A stretch of 64,000 bases of DNA from a virus: positions 63,649 to 127,648 of the IMG/VR virus record IMGVR_UViG_3300027973_002292; one strand, written 5' to 3'. Below, piece after piece: positions 30,230 to 39,744 of the stretch (position 1 is its first letter; the number at the start of each line of letters is the position of its first letter). The notes beneath the pieces were generated by a model. It worked only from the letters and a program-made list of their open reading frames with translations. It was not told the DNA's origin and ran no database searches. Position numbers and translations under genes: made by a program.

Positions 30230-31276
30230 GAGCTGAATGTCGTTTTTGACCATTTTTTCGACGAGAGCGTTAAACGAGATTTTTGGCGACCATTTAAGCT
30301 CTTCTCTCGCTGGCTCAGAATTTCCGAGGAGAAGCTCAACTTCTGCCGGTCTATAAAATTTAGGATTTATTTTAATTAAAACAGACGAGGTGGGTTCGTT
30401 TTTCAAAGCGTATTCGGTCGTGACACTGTACTCTTCAGACAATCCTTGCCCGTGCCAAGCCCCTTCAATTCCGGCAATCTTAAATGCCTTCTCAATAAAC
30501 TCTCTAATAGAATGAGTCTCGTCGCTAGAAAGAACGTAGTCTTTCGGCTTTTCTTGATTTAGCATTTTCCATACGCCATCAACAAAGTCTTCAGAATCAG
30601 ACCAGTCCCTTTTAGAATCTACATTACCTAATTCAATTGGGTTGAATACTTGATTGTTGTCTATAGCTTTTTTAATCCTTGCCGCGCCTTTGGTGATTTT
30701 GCGAGTTACAAATTCTTCGCCTCTCTTTGTGCCTTCATGATTAAATAAAATACCATGAACAGCGTATAAACGATAAGACTCTCTATAGACCTTAACAATG
30801 TGTCTAGCTGAAGCTTTTGATGCGCCATATGGACTTCTTGGTTTTATTGGGTGTTTTATGTCTTGAGGAAAATATTCAACATCTCCGAATTCTTCGCTAG
30901 ATCCAGCAGAGTAGAATCTGCAATTTGGCTTTAGTTTTCTTATAGCCTCTAAGCACCGCAGGACTCCATTAGAGTTAACCTCAAATGTTTGCAGAGGCAT
31001 TTCCCAGCTACAGCCAACAAAGCTTTGCGCTCCAAAATTAATAAAATAATCTGGTTGAATTTCTTTAACTAAAGAGTCAATTGACACGCTATCAGACAAA
31101 TCTCCATACACAAATTTAAATCTTTCATTAGTGGAGAAGGAATTGCAATTAATAAAATTTGGATTAGAGCTTCTGCGCATCATGCCATAAATAAAATAAT
31201 CAGTGTTCTTTAGCAAATATTCAGCCATGTTAGCTCCGTCCTGCCCAAGAATGCCAGTGATTAGAATGTTTTTCAT
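30215..31276 (-). CDS. gmd: GDP-mannose 4,6-dehydratase
   Basis: ITGILGQDG, AQSFV, PRSPYGASK, LFNHEG..RGEEFVTRKIT and YRPAEVELLLG motifs. Start MKNILITG at 31276. Confidence 0.95.
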   Translation of the reverse strand: MKNILITGILGQDGANMAEYLLKNTDYFIYGMMRRSSNPNFINCNSFSTNERFKFVYGDLSDSVSIDSLVKEIQPDYFINFGAQSFVGCSWEMPLQTFEVNSNGVLRCLEAIRKLKPNCRFYSAGSSEEFGDVEYFPQDIKHPIKPRSPYGASKASARHIVKVYRESYRLYAVHGILFNHEGTKRGEEFVTRKITKGAARIKKAIDNNQVFNPIELGNVDSKRDWSDSEDFVDGVWKMLNQEKPKDYVLSSDETHSIREFIEKAFKIAGIEGAWHGQGLSEEYSVTTEYALKNEPTSSVLIKINPKFYRPAEVELLLGNSEPAREELKWSPKISFNALVEKMVKNDIQLLTGA

Positions 31277-31287
31277 ACTAATTATAA

Positions 31288-32196
31288 TCAAGCGGAATAA
31301 ATGTAACTAGAATATTTAGAGATGTTGTCAATAAGCCATCTTGGATGAGTCTTTGAAGATATCTCTACTATCTGAGTATTGTAATCAGAAAGGACTCTTT
31401 TCTCGGCTTCTAGCGGAGTCTTAATATCAAAGTAAGAAACTTCATGGCCGCCATCTCTTGAGTGAGCCCAGCTTTTGTATTTTTTCAAAGTTTTTTCTCC
31501 TTTTGTGTCATCTAAGAATGTGAAGTGCCATCCAGCGTCTTCTATTGGGTAATGAGTGCTGAGAGAGTAGTATCTGAGTTCTGTGTGTTTGATTTTATTT
31601 AAATTAGAAAATAAAGTCATGCATGCAACAGCGGTTTTTTTGCTATACAAATTTAATTTATAGACATACATATCTAAATCAAATCCAAATATAGGAGCGT
31701 AATCATAAGAAGTAGTTATATGTTTTTTTGCAAAATGACAGTAAAGATTGTATTTTTTGTTATCTGAAAAAGTTTCCTCAGCCTCAGAGAAGGCGTGTTC
31801 GTTTAATATTTCATCTGCGCAAGTAAAAAGAACAATATCAGAATCTTTTGGTTTTTGCTCAACTAAGACTGCTGTTAAATATTCCGCTTGAAGATTGTCT
31901 CTCATCCAATCGTTCAAAACTAGAGATGGCTGTTTTTGAATCGTTTTGTATATTTTTTTAGAAATTATATCTGGATAAATATCGTACAAATCAACAAAAG
32001 AATCGAATGATCTGTATATTATTTTTTCAGAATACTTTTTAAATCTTTCGTGATCGAAGAGTAGATCTTTTTTTACTCCGGTGTGAGTTTCTCCTGCTTC
32101 GACGATAATAAATTTATCTACGAAATTCCAATGCTGGTTTAATTTAATTTCAAGAAGATCGTTCTCTTGAAAAAACATTGATGCTTCAAATATCAT
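31288..32196 (-). CDS. Glycosyltransferase family 17-like
   Basis: FFQENDLLEIKL...VDKFIIVEA..THTG.KK, ADEI and GWHFTF motifs. Confidence 0.8.
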   Translation of the reverse strand: MIFEASMFFQENDLLEIKLNQHWNFVDKFIIVEAGETHTGVKKDLLFDHERFKKYSEKIIYRSFDSFVDLYDIYPDIISKKIYKTIQKQPSLVLNDWMRDNLQAEYLTAVLVEQKPKDSDIVLFTCADEILNEHAFSEAEETFSDNKKYNLYCHFAKKHITTSYDYAPIFGFDLDMYVYKLNLYSKKTAVACMTLFSNLNKIKHTELRYYSLSTHYPIEDAGWHFTFLDDTKGEKTLKKYKSWAHSRDGGHEVSYFDIKTPLEAEKRVLSDYNTQIVEISSKTHPRWLIDNISKYSSYIYSA

Positions 32197-32198
32197 AA

Positions 32199-33095
32199 TT
32201 ACACCTCATCTAATCCAACCCACTCAGGAGGAAACCATTTGTGGTTTAAAAGATTTGATCCAGCGTGGTTGGGTTCTAAAAAATAATTTGGACAAATAAT
32301 TTTTTTGTTTATATTTTTATTTAAAAATGAAGCCCAAAAACTAAAAGAACTATTAGAATTAATAATGCTATCGCAAAGAGAAAGGGTCGCCATGCCTTCT
32401 GCGCTAGACATGTTTTCTTTTGTATACATTATATCGTATTCGTTAGATAGTTGATCTAAGACTTCTGGGCATTGTTCAAAAAAATCTGCAAATATAAGAA
32501 AGCAATAATCTTCTTTAGAGAAAAAACTAAAAGCTTTACGATAGTAATCAATTCCTAATTTACTGTGGCCTCCAGTGCTATTAAATTTTTTGTATTCATT
32601 TCTGAATGATACCCCTACTATTTTTTTATTTGTTTTAGGTATATTTGAGCGGGCTAATTCTAGCAAATCATTATTAAATTCAAAAAGGTCCAAGACCTGA
32701 TCTTTATAAGGATACCATTGAGTGTACCTTTGAAACCATTGAAAATTTAAATTTGGAAAGCGCCCTAAAGCATTATTGTATTCTATCATATCAATAATTA
32801 TTTTAATTGGCGACATAGCTGCATTTACTTCGCACCACTTGTGGTCTTCAAAATTATCTATTGGTTCAAATATGTTTTTAATTTTTGGAAACGCATCTTC
32901 TATTTGAAATACGTTAACTTTACCTTTATTGAAGAAATCGAAGGCTTCACTTTTTTCGTTTTTTAAATATGCCGGAATTAATCCACATCCAAGATGAATG
33001 GCATAAAGGATTGCGTAATTTCCCATTTTAGCTCCGAGACCATCTCCAGATAGATATCTTCTTATAGCGTATCTTTTATTGCTGTTGGAATTCAT
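32199..33095 (-). CDS. Glycosyltransferase family 11-like (alpha-1,2-fucosyltransferase-like)
   Basis: GLGAKM..YA, YYRKA, IFAD and SNSSFSFWASFL motifs. The usual HxRRGD is replaced by SFRNEY. Confidence 0.75.
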   Translation of the reverse strand: MNSNSNKRYAIRRYLSGDGLGAKMGNYAILYAIHLGCGLIPAYLKNEKSEAFDFFNKGKVNVFQIEDAFPKIKNIFEPIDNFEDHKWCEVNAAMSPIKIIIDMIEYNNALGRFPNLNFQWFQRYTQWYPYKDQVLDLFEFNNDLLELARSNIPKTNKKIVGVSFRNEYKKFNSTGGHSKLGIDYYRKAFSFFSKEDYCFLIFADFFEQCPEVLDQLSNEYDIMYTKENMSSAEGMATLSLCDSIINSNSSFSFWASFLNKNINKKIICPNYFLEPNHAGSNLLNHKWFPPEWVGLDEV

Positions 33096-33862
33096 GATTT
33101 ATATAATTTATTGTAAACTAAGCGAATGCCTTTTTCTAACCCAAGGTATGGAATAGGTAGATTAAATTCTCCAATGTAATCTTTTCCAGAAGAATTATTT
33201 GACGATATAAGCACATTATGGTTTCCCAGTTTATTTATTATTTCAGCGATTTGATGCAAAGAATATTTTTCTTTATAAGAGCAGTTTATTTCTTTGGGAG
33301 GATTTTCTTGAGCTAAACAATATTTAACAATAGAAACTAAATCTTCCATGAAGAAGAAGTCCATTAATTTATTTTCGTATATTTGAATTGGTTCTTTCTT
33401 TATGTAACGGATTATATTGCCTTTTATGAATCTATTGTCGGCTTCGTTATGGTCAAAGCATCCAAAAATTCTAATGTTAGTAAATTTATCTTTGTACTTC
33501 ATGGAATCGGCTATGAGTCTTTTGCTTATTCCATATGACGTATTTAAAGCTAGAAGCTCAGCTCCTGAGCCGAAAGAAATAAATCTAGAAAAACTGGTAC
33601 TATTCTCAAGGAGATTGTAGTACATTTTTATATTTTGATCTATGGTATCGCCATCTTCAGGCTTTGTTCTTCTGCCGCCAGTTATTGCTGTATGTATTAC
33701 GACATCAAAAAACCCATGCTTATCAAAAAAATTATTGACTTCAAAAAGAGAAGTTATGTCTGCTTCTGATCTAGATAGGCAAACAATTGAATGATCTGCG
33801 CCTAAAGATTTAATTAAGGCTTTTGCTATATAACCATTTGATCCTGTAATTAAAATTCTCAT
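33092..33862 (-). CDS. NAD-dependent nucleotide-sugar epimerase/reductase
   Basis: ITGSNGYIA, GSGAE and YGISK (YxxxK) motifs. Confidence 0.85.
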   Translation of the reverse strand: MRILITGSNGYIAKALIKSLGADHSIVCLSRSEADITSLFEVNNFFDKHGFFDVVIHTAITGGRRTKPEDGDTIDQNIKMYYNLLENSTSFSRFISFGSGAELLALNTSYGISKRLIADSMKYKDKFTNIRIFGCFDHNEADNRFIKGNIIRYIKKEPIQIYENKLMDFFFMEDLVSIVKYCLAQENPPKEINCSYKEKYSLHQIAEIINKLGNHNVLISSNNSSGKDYIGEFNLPIPYLGLEKGIRLVYNKLYKS

Positions 33863-34806
33863 AAATATTTATCTATATATTTTACCATGCCGATATGAGT
33901 TGCTTCAATGTCGCTGGAAAGATTAGTCACTTCGGAAGATGGATAATAACGCCGGAATAACTCTGGAAGAATTTTTATTTTATTTGGTATTCCTCCAGTC
34001 AGCAGGATTTTTTGTTTTCCAGATTGAGCTATGTATTTTCTGTATTGCAAAACTAAGCTTTTCAATATCGAACCAGTTAAATTATTTGCAGAAAACTCAC
34101 CCTCGTTTATCTTTAGGATGCTGCCTCCTCCATTATATTCGTGAGCTTGTTTAAAAACATTCATATCTATCTGCAAACTAGAATTAATAACATCCTCAAA
34201 AGAGGTCTCATTTAATAACCGAAAGAAGTCAACTCCAAGAGGCTCAAAGAAATTCTTAAAAGTTAAGAGCGCTCTACCAGCAGGTATAAATTTATGTACT
34301 TTTACTTCTTGGTTATTCAAGTATATAACTTGAGACCCTGTGCCAATATTAATGCATAAATTTCGATCATTTAAAGGCAAAGATTCTATTACGCAATTGG
34401 TGTCGCCTAGGCAGCTATAAACAGATATGCCATTTATATGGCCTAGAATTTTTATTTCTTTTGAGCCGTTTTCCGAAAAATGAGAATGGACATGATAGTT
34501 TGGGCTATCTTTAAATAATCCGCTAATGACGCAAGATTGATTTTCTTTGTAAGGGTTATTCTTCCAAGAGTAGTATAATTGACCACGATAAGATCCTCCA
34601 AGTATAGAACAACAAAGTATTCTGTCGATTGGGGAATTTCTTTCTACAATAGATTTTAATATTTCTTCTATTTCAGGTGCTTTAAGTTGATGCTTTTTTT
34701 GAAATGGAGAGTCTATGGTTTCTAAATTCTTGACGCTTTTAGAAACAGAATCGTAAGATGCCACCTTGATAAAGGAAGCTCCAAAATCAATTAGCAAGTA
34801 TATCAT
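33859..34806 (-). CDS. FGGY/ASKHA-family sugar kinase
   Basis: IDFGASFIK, LGDT, INIGTGSQV and LLTGG motifs. Confidence 0.75.
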   Translation of the reverse strand: MIYLLIDFGASFIKVASYDSVSKSVKNLETIDSPFQKKHQLKAPEIEEILKSIVERNSPIDRILCCSILGGSYRGQLYYSWKNNPYKENQSCVISGLFKDSPNYHVHSHFSENGSKEIKILGHINGISVYSCLGDTNCVIESLPLNDRNLCINIGTGSQVIYLNNQEVKVHKFIPAGRALLTFKNFFEPLGVDFFRLLNETSFEDVINSSLQIDMNVFKQAHEYNGGGSILKINEGEFSANNLTGSILKSLVLQYRKYIAQSGKQKILLTGGIPNKIKILPELFRRYYPSSEVTNLSSDIEATHIGMVKYIDKYL

Positions 34807-35812
34807 GAACTTCGCGCTCTAAATCTTCGTCAATTTTAGAATCTACAAAAGTTGTATTGCCGGGAGGATCTACTACAACAAAAGATATTTGACCGCTTGA
34901 TATTTTTTTATCTGTTTTTAGGCTAGTTATTAATTTGGAAGAGTCTAAGTTTTTTATTTTCTTTAAACTAGTAAGCTCACCAACGAGTCTTGATATTTCA
35001 TTAGAATTGCTGAATAGTTTATTGATAATTTCTATTCCTAGAAGCACAGCTTCTCCGTGAGGTATGGCGTAATTTGTAGCGGCTTCTATGGCATGACCAA
35101 AAGAATGTCCATAATTTAATGATTTTCTTTCTAGATTTTCAAATTCATCAGCTTCTACAACAGCTTTTTTAATTACTAAAGAATGAAAAATAGCTTGCCT
35201 CAAAGAAAAAGCATTAAGATTTTCTACATAGTATTCTCCACCTATCAAGAACAGCTTAACAATCTCTCCATATCCTGAAATGATATCTTGGCGAGATAGG
35301 CTCTTTAGGAAATCAATATCTATAATTACGCTCTTCGGGGCAGAATATAAAGCTAGTTGATTTTTATATTCATTGAAATTAAGAGCGGTCTTTCCGCCGA
35401 TGCAACTATCGCATTGAGACAAAAGAGTGGTTGGCACGAATACCCAATCAATTCCTCTTTTAAAAATCTTAGAAGTAAATGCTGCAATGTCTTGAATAAT
35501 ACCGCCACCTATTGCGTACAAAGTCCAAGACTTATCAAATTTAAAATCCATCAACTTATCGCATACATTTAAAACCGTTTTTATATTTTTATTGTCTTCT
35601 ATGGATTCTACAGAAATTAAATATGGATGATTGATATTGTATAACGACTTTACCTTCTCGTCTATAAGAACAACGCTTTTTTCTGGGAATTGTTTTTTGA
35701 AAGAAGTGAAGTGAACAGAATATGGTCTTGGATGAGAGTTTATTTGCAGGTTGTCGAGCTCCTCATCAGAGCATTGGAAGGTTTTATTGTTGATTGAAAA
35801 AGAATGATTCAT
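34787..35812 (-). CDS. 3-dehydroquinate synthase-like sugar-phosphate cyclase
   Basis: GGGIIQD, PTTLLSQCDSCIGGKT, KNQL, LNYGHSFGHAIE and HGEAV motifs. Confidence 0.88.
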   Translation of the reverse strand: MNHSFSINNKTFQCSDEELDNLQINSHPRPYSVHFTSFKKQFPEKSVVLIDEKVKSLYNINHPYLISVESIEDNKNIKTVLNVCDKLMDFKFDKSWTLYAIGGGIIQDIAAFTSKIFKRGIDWVFVPTTLLSQCDSCIGGKTALNFNEYKNQLALYSAPKSVIIDIDFLKSLSRQDIISGYGEIVKLFLIGGEYYVENLNAFSLRQAIFHSLVIKKAVVEADEFENLERKSLNYGHSFGHAIEAATNYAIPHGEAVLLGIEIINKLFSNSNEISRLVGELTSLKKIKNLDSSKLITSLKTDKKISSGQISFVVVDPPGNTTFVDSKIDEDLEREVHDILAN

Positions 35813-36441
35813 AGGTGTTTTAACGAGTACCCAGAATCTATTAGCATGTTTTGGCCAGTAATTCCATGATTTTTATTTATTAAATAAGAGCACATATTGG
35901 CTATATGGATTGGTTCTGTAAGTCCTAGAGGAATATTTGATTGTAAGTCTTTTATTCTTGATTCTGAGTTGTTTTTTCTAGTCAAAGCAGTGTCAACAAA
36001 TCCTGGAGAAACAAGATTTACTTTAATAAGATTTTTGGCTTTTTCAAGCGCTATGGTTTTTACCGCTGCAAGCAAAGCATGTTTGGACATAGAGTATTGT
36101 ATTCTATTCTCTTTAACGCTCTCAGAATAGAAAGATCCAATAGCTATAATGTTTGCTCCACTATTAAATTCAAGTCTAGAACATAGATTTACAAAACTAA
36201 AAACATTAACATTAAATATTTTTAATAGATCAGAATCATTTAAAGAATCATGAGGGTTTAATAAGTTTATGCCGGCAGCGTGAATGAATCCATCTAAAAC
36301 AGGAATATTAGAAACGTTAAAATATGAAGACAAGTCCATCTCTTTAGAAGAGTAAGATATTACATTAACCCCTTCAGATTCTAGAGTTGATTTAATGGAT
36401 TTACCAATTACACCATTAGATCCAGTAATAAATACATTCAT
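35809..36441 (-). CDS. Short-chain dehydrogenase/reductase (FabG-like)
   Basis: TGSNGVIG, YSMSK, VNLVSPGFVDT and ITGQ motifs. Confidence 0.9.
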   Translation of the reverse strand: MNVFITGSNGVIGKSIKSTLESEGVNVISYSSKEMDLSSYFNVSNIPVLDGFIHAAGINLLNPHDSLNDSDLLKIFNVNVFSFVNLCSRLEFNSGANIIAIGSFYSESVKENRIQYSMSKHALLAAVKTIALEKAKNLIKVNLVSPGFVDTALTRKNNSESRIKDLQSNIPLGLTEPIHIANMCSYLINKNHGITGQNMLIDSGYSLKHL

Positions 36442-36442
36442 A

Positions 36443-38179
36443 TCAAAACGAATCAGAAATAAACATATCAGTCAAAGTGCCGGGAATAATCTTTCCGTTG
36501 GCGTCTATTCCCTTGTGAGTCACCTTTGGCTCATGGCGCTCTTTTGGATGGGTGAATACTTCTAGGAATACTGGACCAGAAAGATTCATCATCTTTCTAA
36601 GATTATTGTTTATTTGACTATTCTTAGAGATAGACAAATATGGTATTCCAAAAGCCTTGGCTATCTTTTTAAATTCAGGAACTGTAACGCCATTTGCTGG
36701 TCCGCTTGCGAACTCTTCGCCTTTAAAAAAAGACTCTTGAGATAACTTTATAGAAAGATATCCATCGTTATTTATAAGTATAATTTTTACAGGAAGATTG
36801 TATGCCTTCAGTGTTTGAAGCTCCTGCAAATTCATCATGATGCTTCCGTCTCCTTCAACGCAAATTACAGGCTTCCTATCGTTTGAGATACAAGCTCCAA
36901 TTGCTGCCGGCAAACCATAACCCATGCTTGCGCATCCTACATTTGTGAATAGTCTTTGATTTTTATTGAGCTTGTAAGTTTGTAAAGTAATAACGTGGGC
37001 TGTTCCGTTACTAGTCACAATTGGAGTTTCCTTAAATAAATTAGGGGCTTTACTAATTAAATAATAAAAACTTGCGTAATTTTTTAAATTTTTATGTTTT
37101 GGATGAAAGTTCTTTTGATTCTTTCTTATTGTCTTTACTGTTTTTTGCCATTTGGAGTAATTACCGTTTATATTTAAATCATTCAAACGGATCAAAGAGT
37201 CTTTCAGATCAGCAACTATTGATAGATTGATATTAAATTTATGTTTTTTAATTTCAAATTCATCAATATCAATAATTACTTTTTTAGATTTGGGAGAAAA
37301 CTCAGCTATATTATAGCCAGTCATCTTGAAAGGCATTCTCGTCCCCAAGCAGACAATAAGGTCAGCCTCTTGAACAATTTGATTTGAAGTCAACTGCCCA
37401 AGTATTCCAATCCTGCCACAGTAAAATTCATAAGAGTTATCGACAACATCAACTCCAGAATGCGGACCAGTAACGATTGGGATTCTGTTTTTCTTTAAGA
37501 ACGAATCTAACTCTGGGTAAGAATCAGAAAGTCTGACTCCATTTCCAGCTACAATTAGCGGCTTCTTAGAATTATTTAGAAGATTTATTAATTCTAATAG
37601 TTGATCATCCTTTGCTTTTTTAATCTCTGGGCTGATAAAATCTTTATAGCATTTTTCTATGTCGACATCACAACCCTGAATATCAAGTGGGATATCTATC
37701 CAAACTGGTCCGAGGCGTCCAGACATGGCTAGAGAATAGGCTTTGTTAAGCTCGTTTAATATAGACAATGGGTCTTCAATCATAACTGCGTATTTAACCA
37801 TTGGTTTGACAACGCTTATGATATCAAATTCTTGATCTCCAATTTGTCTGCAACCTGTTCCTCTAGAAAGCTGGCTTTTTTGAACTTGCCCTGAGATTAT
37901 TATAGATGGAATACTGTCTAGCCAAAGGCCAAGCAATCCGGTTATTGTGTTTGTTCCGCCGGGGCCTGTGGTGACTATATTGGCGGACATCTTGTTGTTC
38001 ATTCTAAAATAACCTTCGCTTGCCATTAGCGCAGATTGTTCGTGATGAACACAGAAGGTCGATAGGCTTGACTTTCTGAGAGAATCAATAAGATGAATGC
38101 ATCCTCCGCCAGAAACAGTGAATGCGGTATTTATTCCTTTATCCTCAAGGAATTTTATAACTACATCAGATAATTTCAT
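36443..38179 (-). CDS. Thiamine-diphosphate-dependent acetolactate-synthase-like enzyme (YerE-like in this context)
   Basis: HHEQ, TTGPGGTN, GPVWIDIPLD, SMGYGLPAAIG and GDGS...NN ThDP motif. Sits inside the sugar cluster. Confidence 0.9.
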   Translation of the reverse strand: MKLSDVVIKFLEDKGINTAFTVSGGGCIHLIDSLRKSSLSTFCVHHEQSALMASEGYFRMNNKMSANIVTTGPGGTNTITGLLGLWLDSIPSIIISGQVQKSQLSRGTGCRQIGDQEFDIISVVKPMVKYAVMIEDPLSILNELNKAYSLAMSGRLGPVWIDIPLDIQGCDVDIEKCYKDFISPEIKKAKDDQLLELINLLNNSKKPLIVAGNGVRLSDSYPELDSFLKKNRIPIVTGPHSGVDVVDNSYEFYCGRIGILGQLTSNQIVQEADLIVCLGTRMPFKMTGYNIAEFSPKSKKVIIDIDEFEIKKHKFNINLSIVADLKDSLIRLNDLNINGNYSKWQKTVKTIRKNQKNFHPKHKNLKNYASFYYLISKAPNLFKETPIVTSNGTAHVITLQTYKLNKNQRLFTNVGCASMGYGLPAAIGACISNDRKPVICVEGDGSIMMNLQELQTLKAYNLPVKIILINNDGYLSIKLSQESFFKGEEFASGPANGVTVPEFKKIAKAFGIPYLSISKNSQINNNLRKMMNLSGPVFLEVFTHPKERHEPKVTHKGIDANGKIIPGTLTDMFISDSF

Positions 38180-39216
38180 TATAGGATATCGTTTTTAGTT
38201 AACGGGCTGTCTTTCTTAAGATTCTTATTAAGAGTAAATTCTCCATCAAAATAATCTCTAGAAGACATATGCCCAATATCTTTTTGATATGGAATAGCGC
38301 TATAAAGATTGCTAATTAAAATTTTAGATCCTTTTTTCAAATCTTGCTTTAAATACAATCCTCTATAAAGACCCTCCAAATAAGCAGATTCTTTATCTTC
38401 GATGACTCTTCTGTTTTCTAGTGAGTTGCCACACATTGAAACAGCTTTGTTGAAAGCTTTAAACCATTCGTCAATCTGATGGGGTAAAGAGCAGTACGAA
38501 GACACTTCTTTTTGCTCATGATTTGATGGGTATGGAATATCAATATGCCTCTCCCAAGTTCTTGCTCCTTTAGCGTAAGAAATAAGCATTGAAGAGTGCC
38601 AGTCGTTGAATTCGTGCGTGGATAAACCAATTACTAAATTTGGATATTTGTTTTTTAAATAATTTATTTGATTAAGCTCAAGTTCGTCGTCTGAACTTGG
38701 ATACTTGGAAACGCAATGGTTAACGGCTATTGGGATGTTTCTATTTGTGAAAAATTTTACGACATCATCTATTTGCTTGTCATTTGCGCCGCCAGTAGAT
38801 ATTATTACTGGTTTTTTTATAGAAGCGATCTTATTCAACAAGATCCAATCGTTTATATCTGAACTAGCTATCTTAATGATTGGAAGATCTAATTGCGCGC
38901 ACCAATCTACTGAAATCTCATCGAAAGGTGTAGCCATTGGAATGCAGTCGTGTTTTTTAATATACTCAATTAGCTCTTTAAACTCTGCGAAAGAAAGCTT
39001 TGTTTTTGCGGTTTTTTGAATGTATCTGCTACTGCTGCTCTTAAAGTCTTTATGGATAAAATTATCAACGTCTCTAAATTGAAGTTTAATAGAAGCTTTT
39101 ACCCTGTTGTTTTTAACAACTTTGGCAAATTCTTTAACTATTTTTTTGCCTCTCTCTAGAGACCCCCAATGATTATTTGCTAACTCTAAAACAAATAGAT
39201 TTTCAAAAATTTTCAT
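38179..39216 (-). CDS. NeuB/SpsE-family PEP-dependent ulosonate synthase with SAF domain
   Basis: ELANNHWG, KLQFR, TPFD, KIASSD, ISTGG, HCVSKYP, GLSTHE and ERH motifs. Confidence 0.9.
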   Translation of the reverse strand: MKIFENLFVLELANNHWGSLERGKKIVKEFAKVVKNNRVKASIKLQFRDVDNFIHKDFKSSSSRYIQKTAKTKLSFAEFKELIEYIKKHDCIPMATPFDEISVDWCAQLDLPIIKIASSDINDWILLNKIASIKKPVIISTGGANDKQIDDVVKFFTNRNIPIAVNHCVSKYPSSDDELELNQINYLKNKYPNLVIGLSTHEFNDWHSSMLISYAKGARTWERHIDIPYPSNHEQKEVSSYCSLPHQIDEWFKAFNKAVSMCGNSLENRRVIEDKESAYLEGLYRGLYLKQDLKKGSKILISNLYSAIPYQKDIGHMSSRDYFDGEFTLNKNLKKDSPLTKNDIL

Positions 39217-39740
39217 TTCTTTTCGGCAAAAAGAGCCTTCATTGGATGGGCGTGAACAAGATTGATTGAGGCGATAATATTGTATCCCAACCTATTAAAC
39301 CTATTAACAAAAGAACTATGAAGATCATCGGTATGAGTTTCTAAAGCGTAAAACTTAACAGAAGAAAACATCTCGTCGCTAATTTCCTCAAAAAATTTCT
39401 CATTGAATTCAATGTCGCATTTTACTACTGTAGGTTTATAAGAGTTATAAATCTCTCGAATATCATCAGCGCTATTAATGCACTTATGAATTGGAGTCAC
39501 ATTCATTACTGGCTCAACATTTTTTTTAAGCCAAACAATCTCTTCTGGATCACAGTCGAATGCGTAAACGTGTTTGGCTCCTCTTGAGATTAAAAATTCT
39601 GGAGTAGTAAGCCAAGCAGAGTCTCTCTTCTCGACTTTTTCCCAGCGGCCACAACCGAGATCAAGAGCGATTTGATCTTTGCATTTCAAATATTCCCAGT
39701 GAAGTTCTGGATTCTCAACATTTACATCTTTAATAATCAT
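39213..39740 (-). CDS. SAM-dependent methyltransferase-like protein (FkbM-like)
   Basis: ALDLGCG, GAKHVYAFD, VVKCDIE and ETH motifs. Confidence 0.65.
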   Translation of the reverse strand: MIIKDVNVENPELHWEYLKCKDQIALDLGCGRWEKVEKRDSAWLTTPEFLISRGAKHVYAFDCDPEEIVWLKKNVEPVMNVTPIHKCINSADDIREIYNSYKPTVVKCDIEFNEKFFEEISDEMFSSVKFYALETHTDDLHSSFVNRFNRLGYNIIASINLVHAHPMKALFAEKK

Positions 39741-39744
39741 AATT

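Noticed and set aside
32199-32204. GTGTAA before the GT17 gene
   Set aside because: It is the Val-stop of the upstream gene and lies only 2 nt from the ATG, unlike the 9-13 nt spacing of the other sites.
34787-38179. Reading the DHQS-like and ALS-like genes as shikimate or branched-chain amino-acid auxiliary genes (aroB, ilvB)
   Set aside because: No other genes of those pathways are present and both are embedded in a nucleotide-sugar cluster, so gene symbols were withheld.
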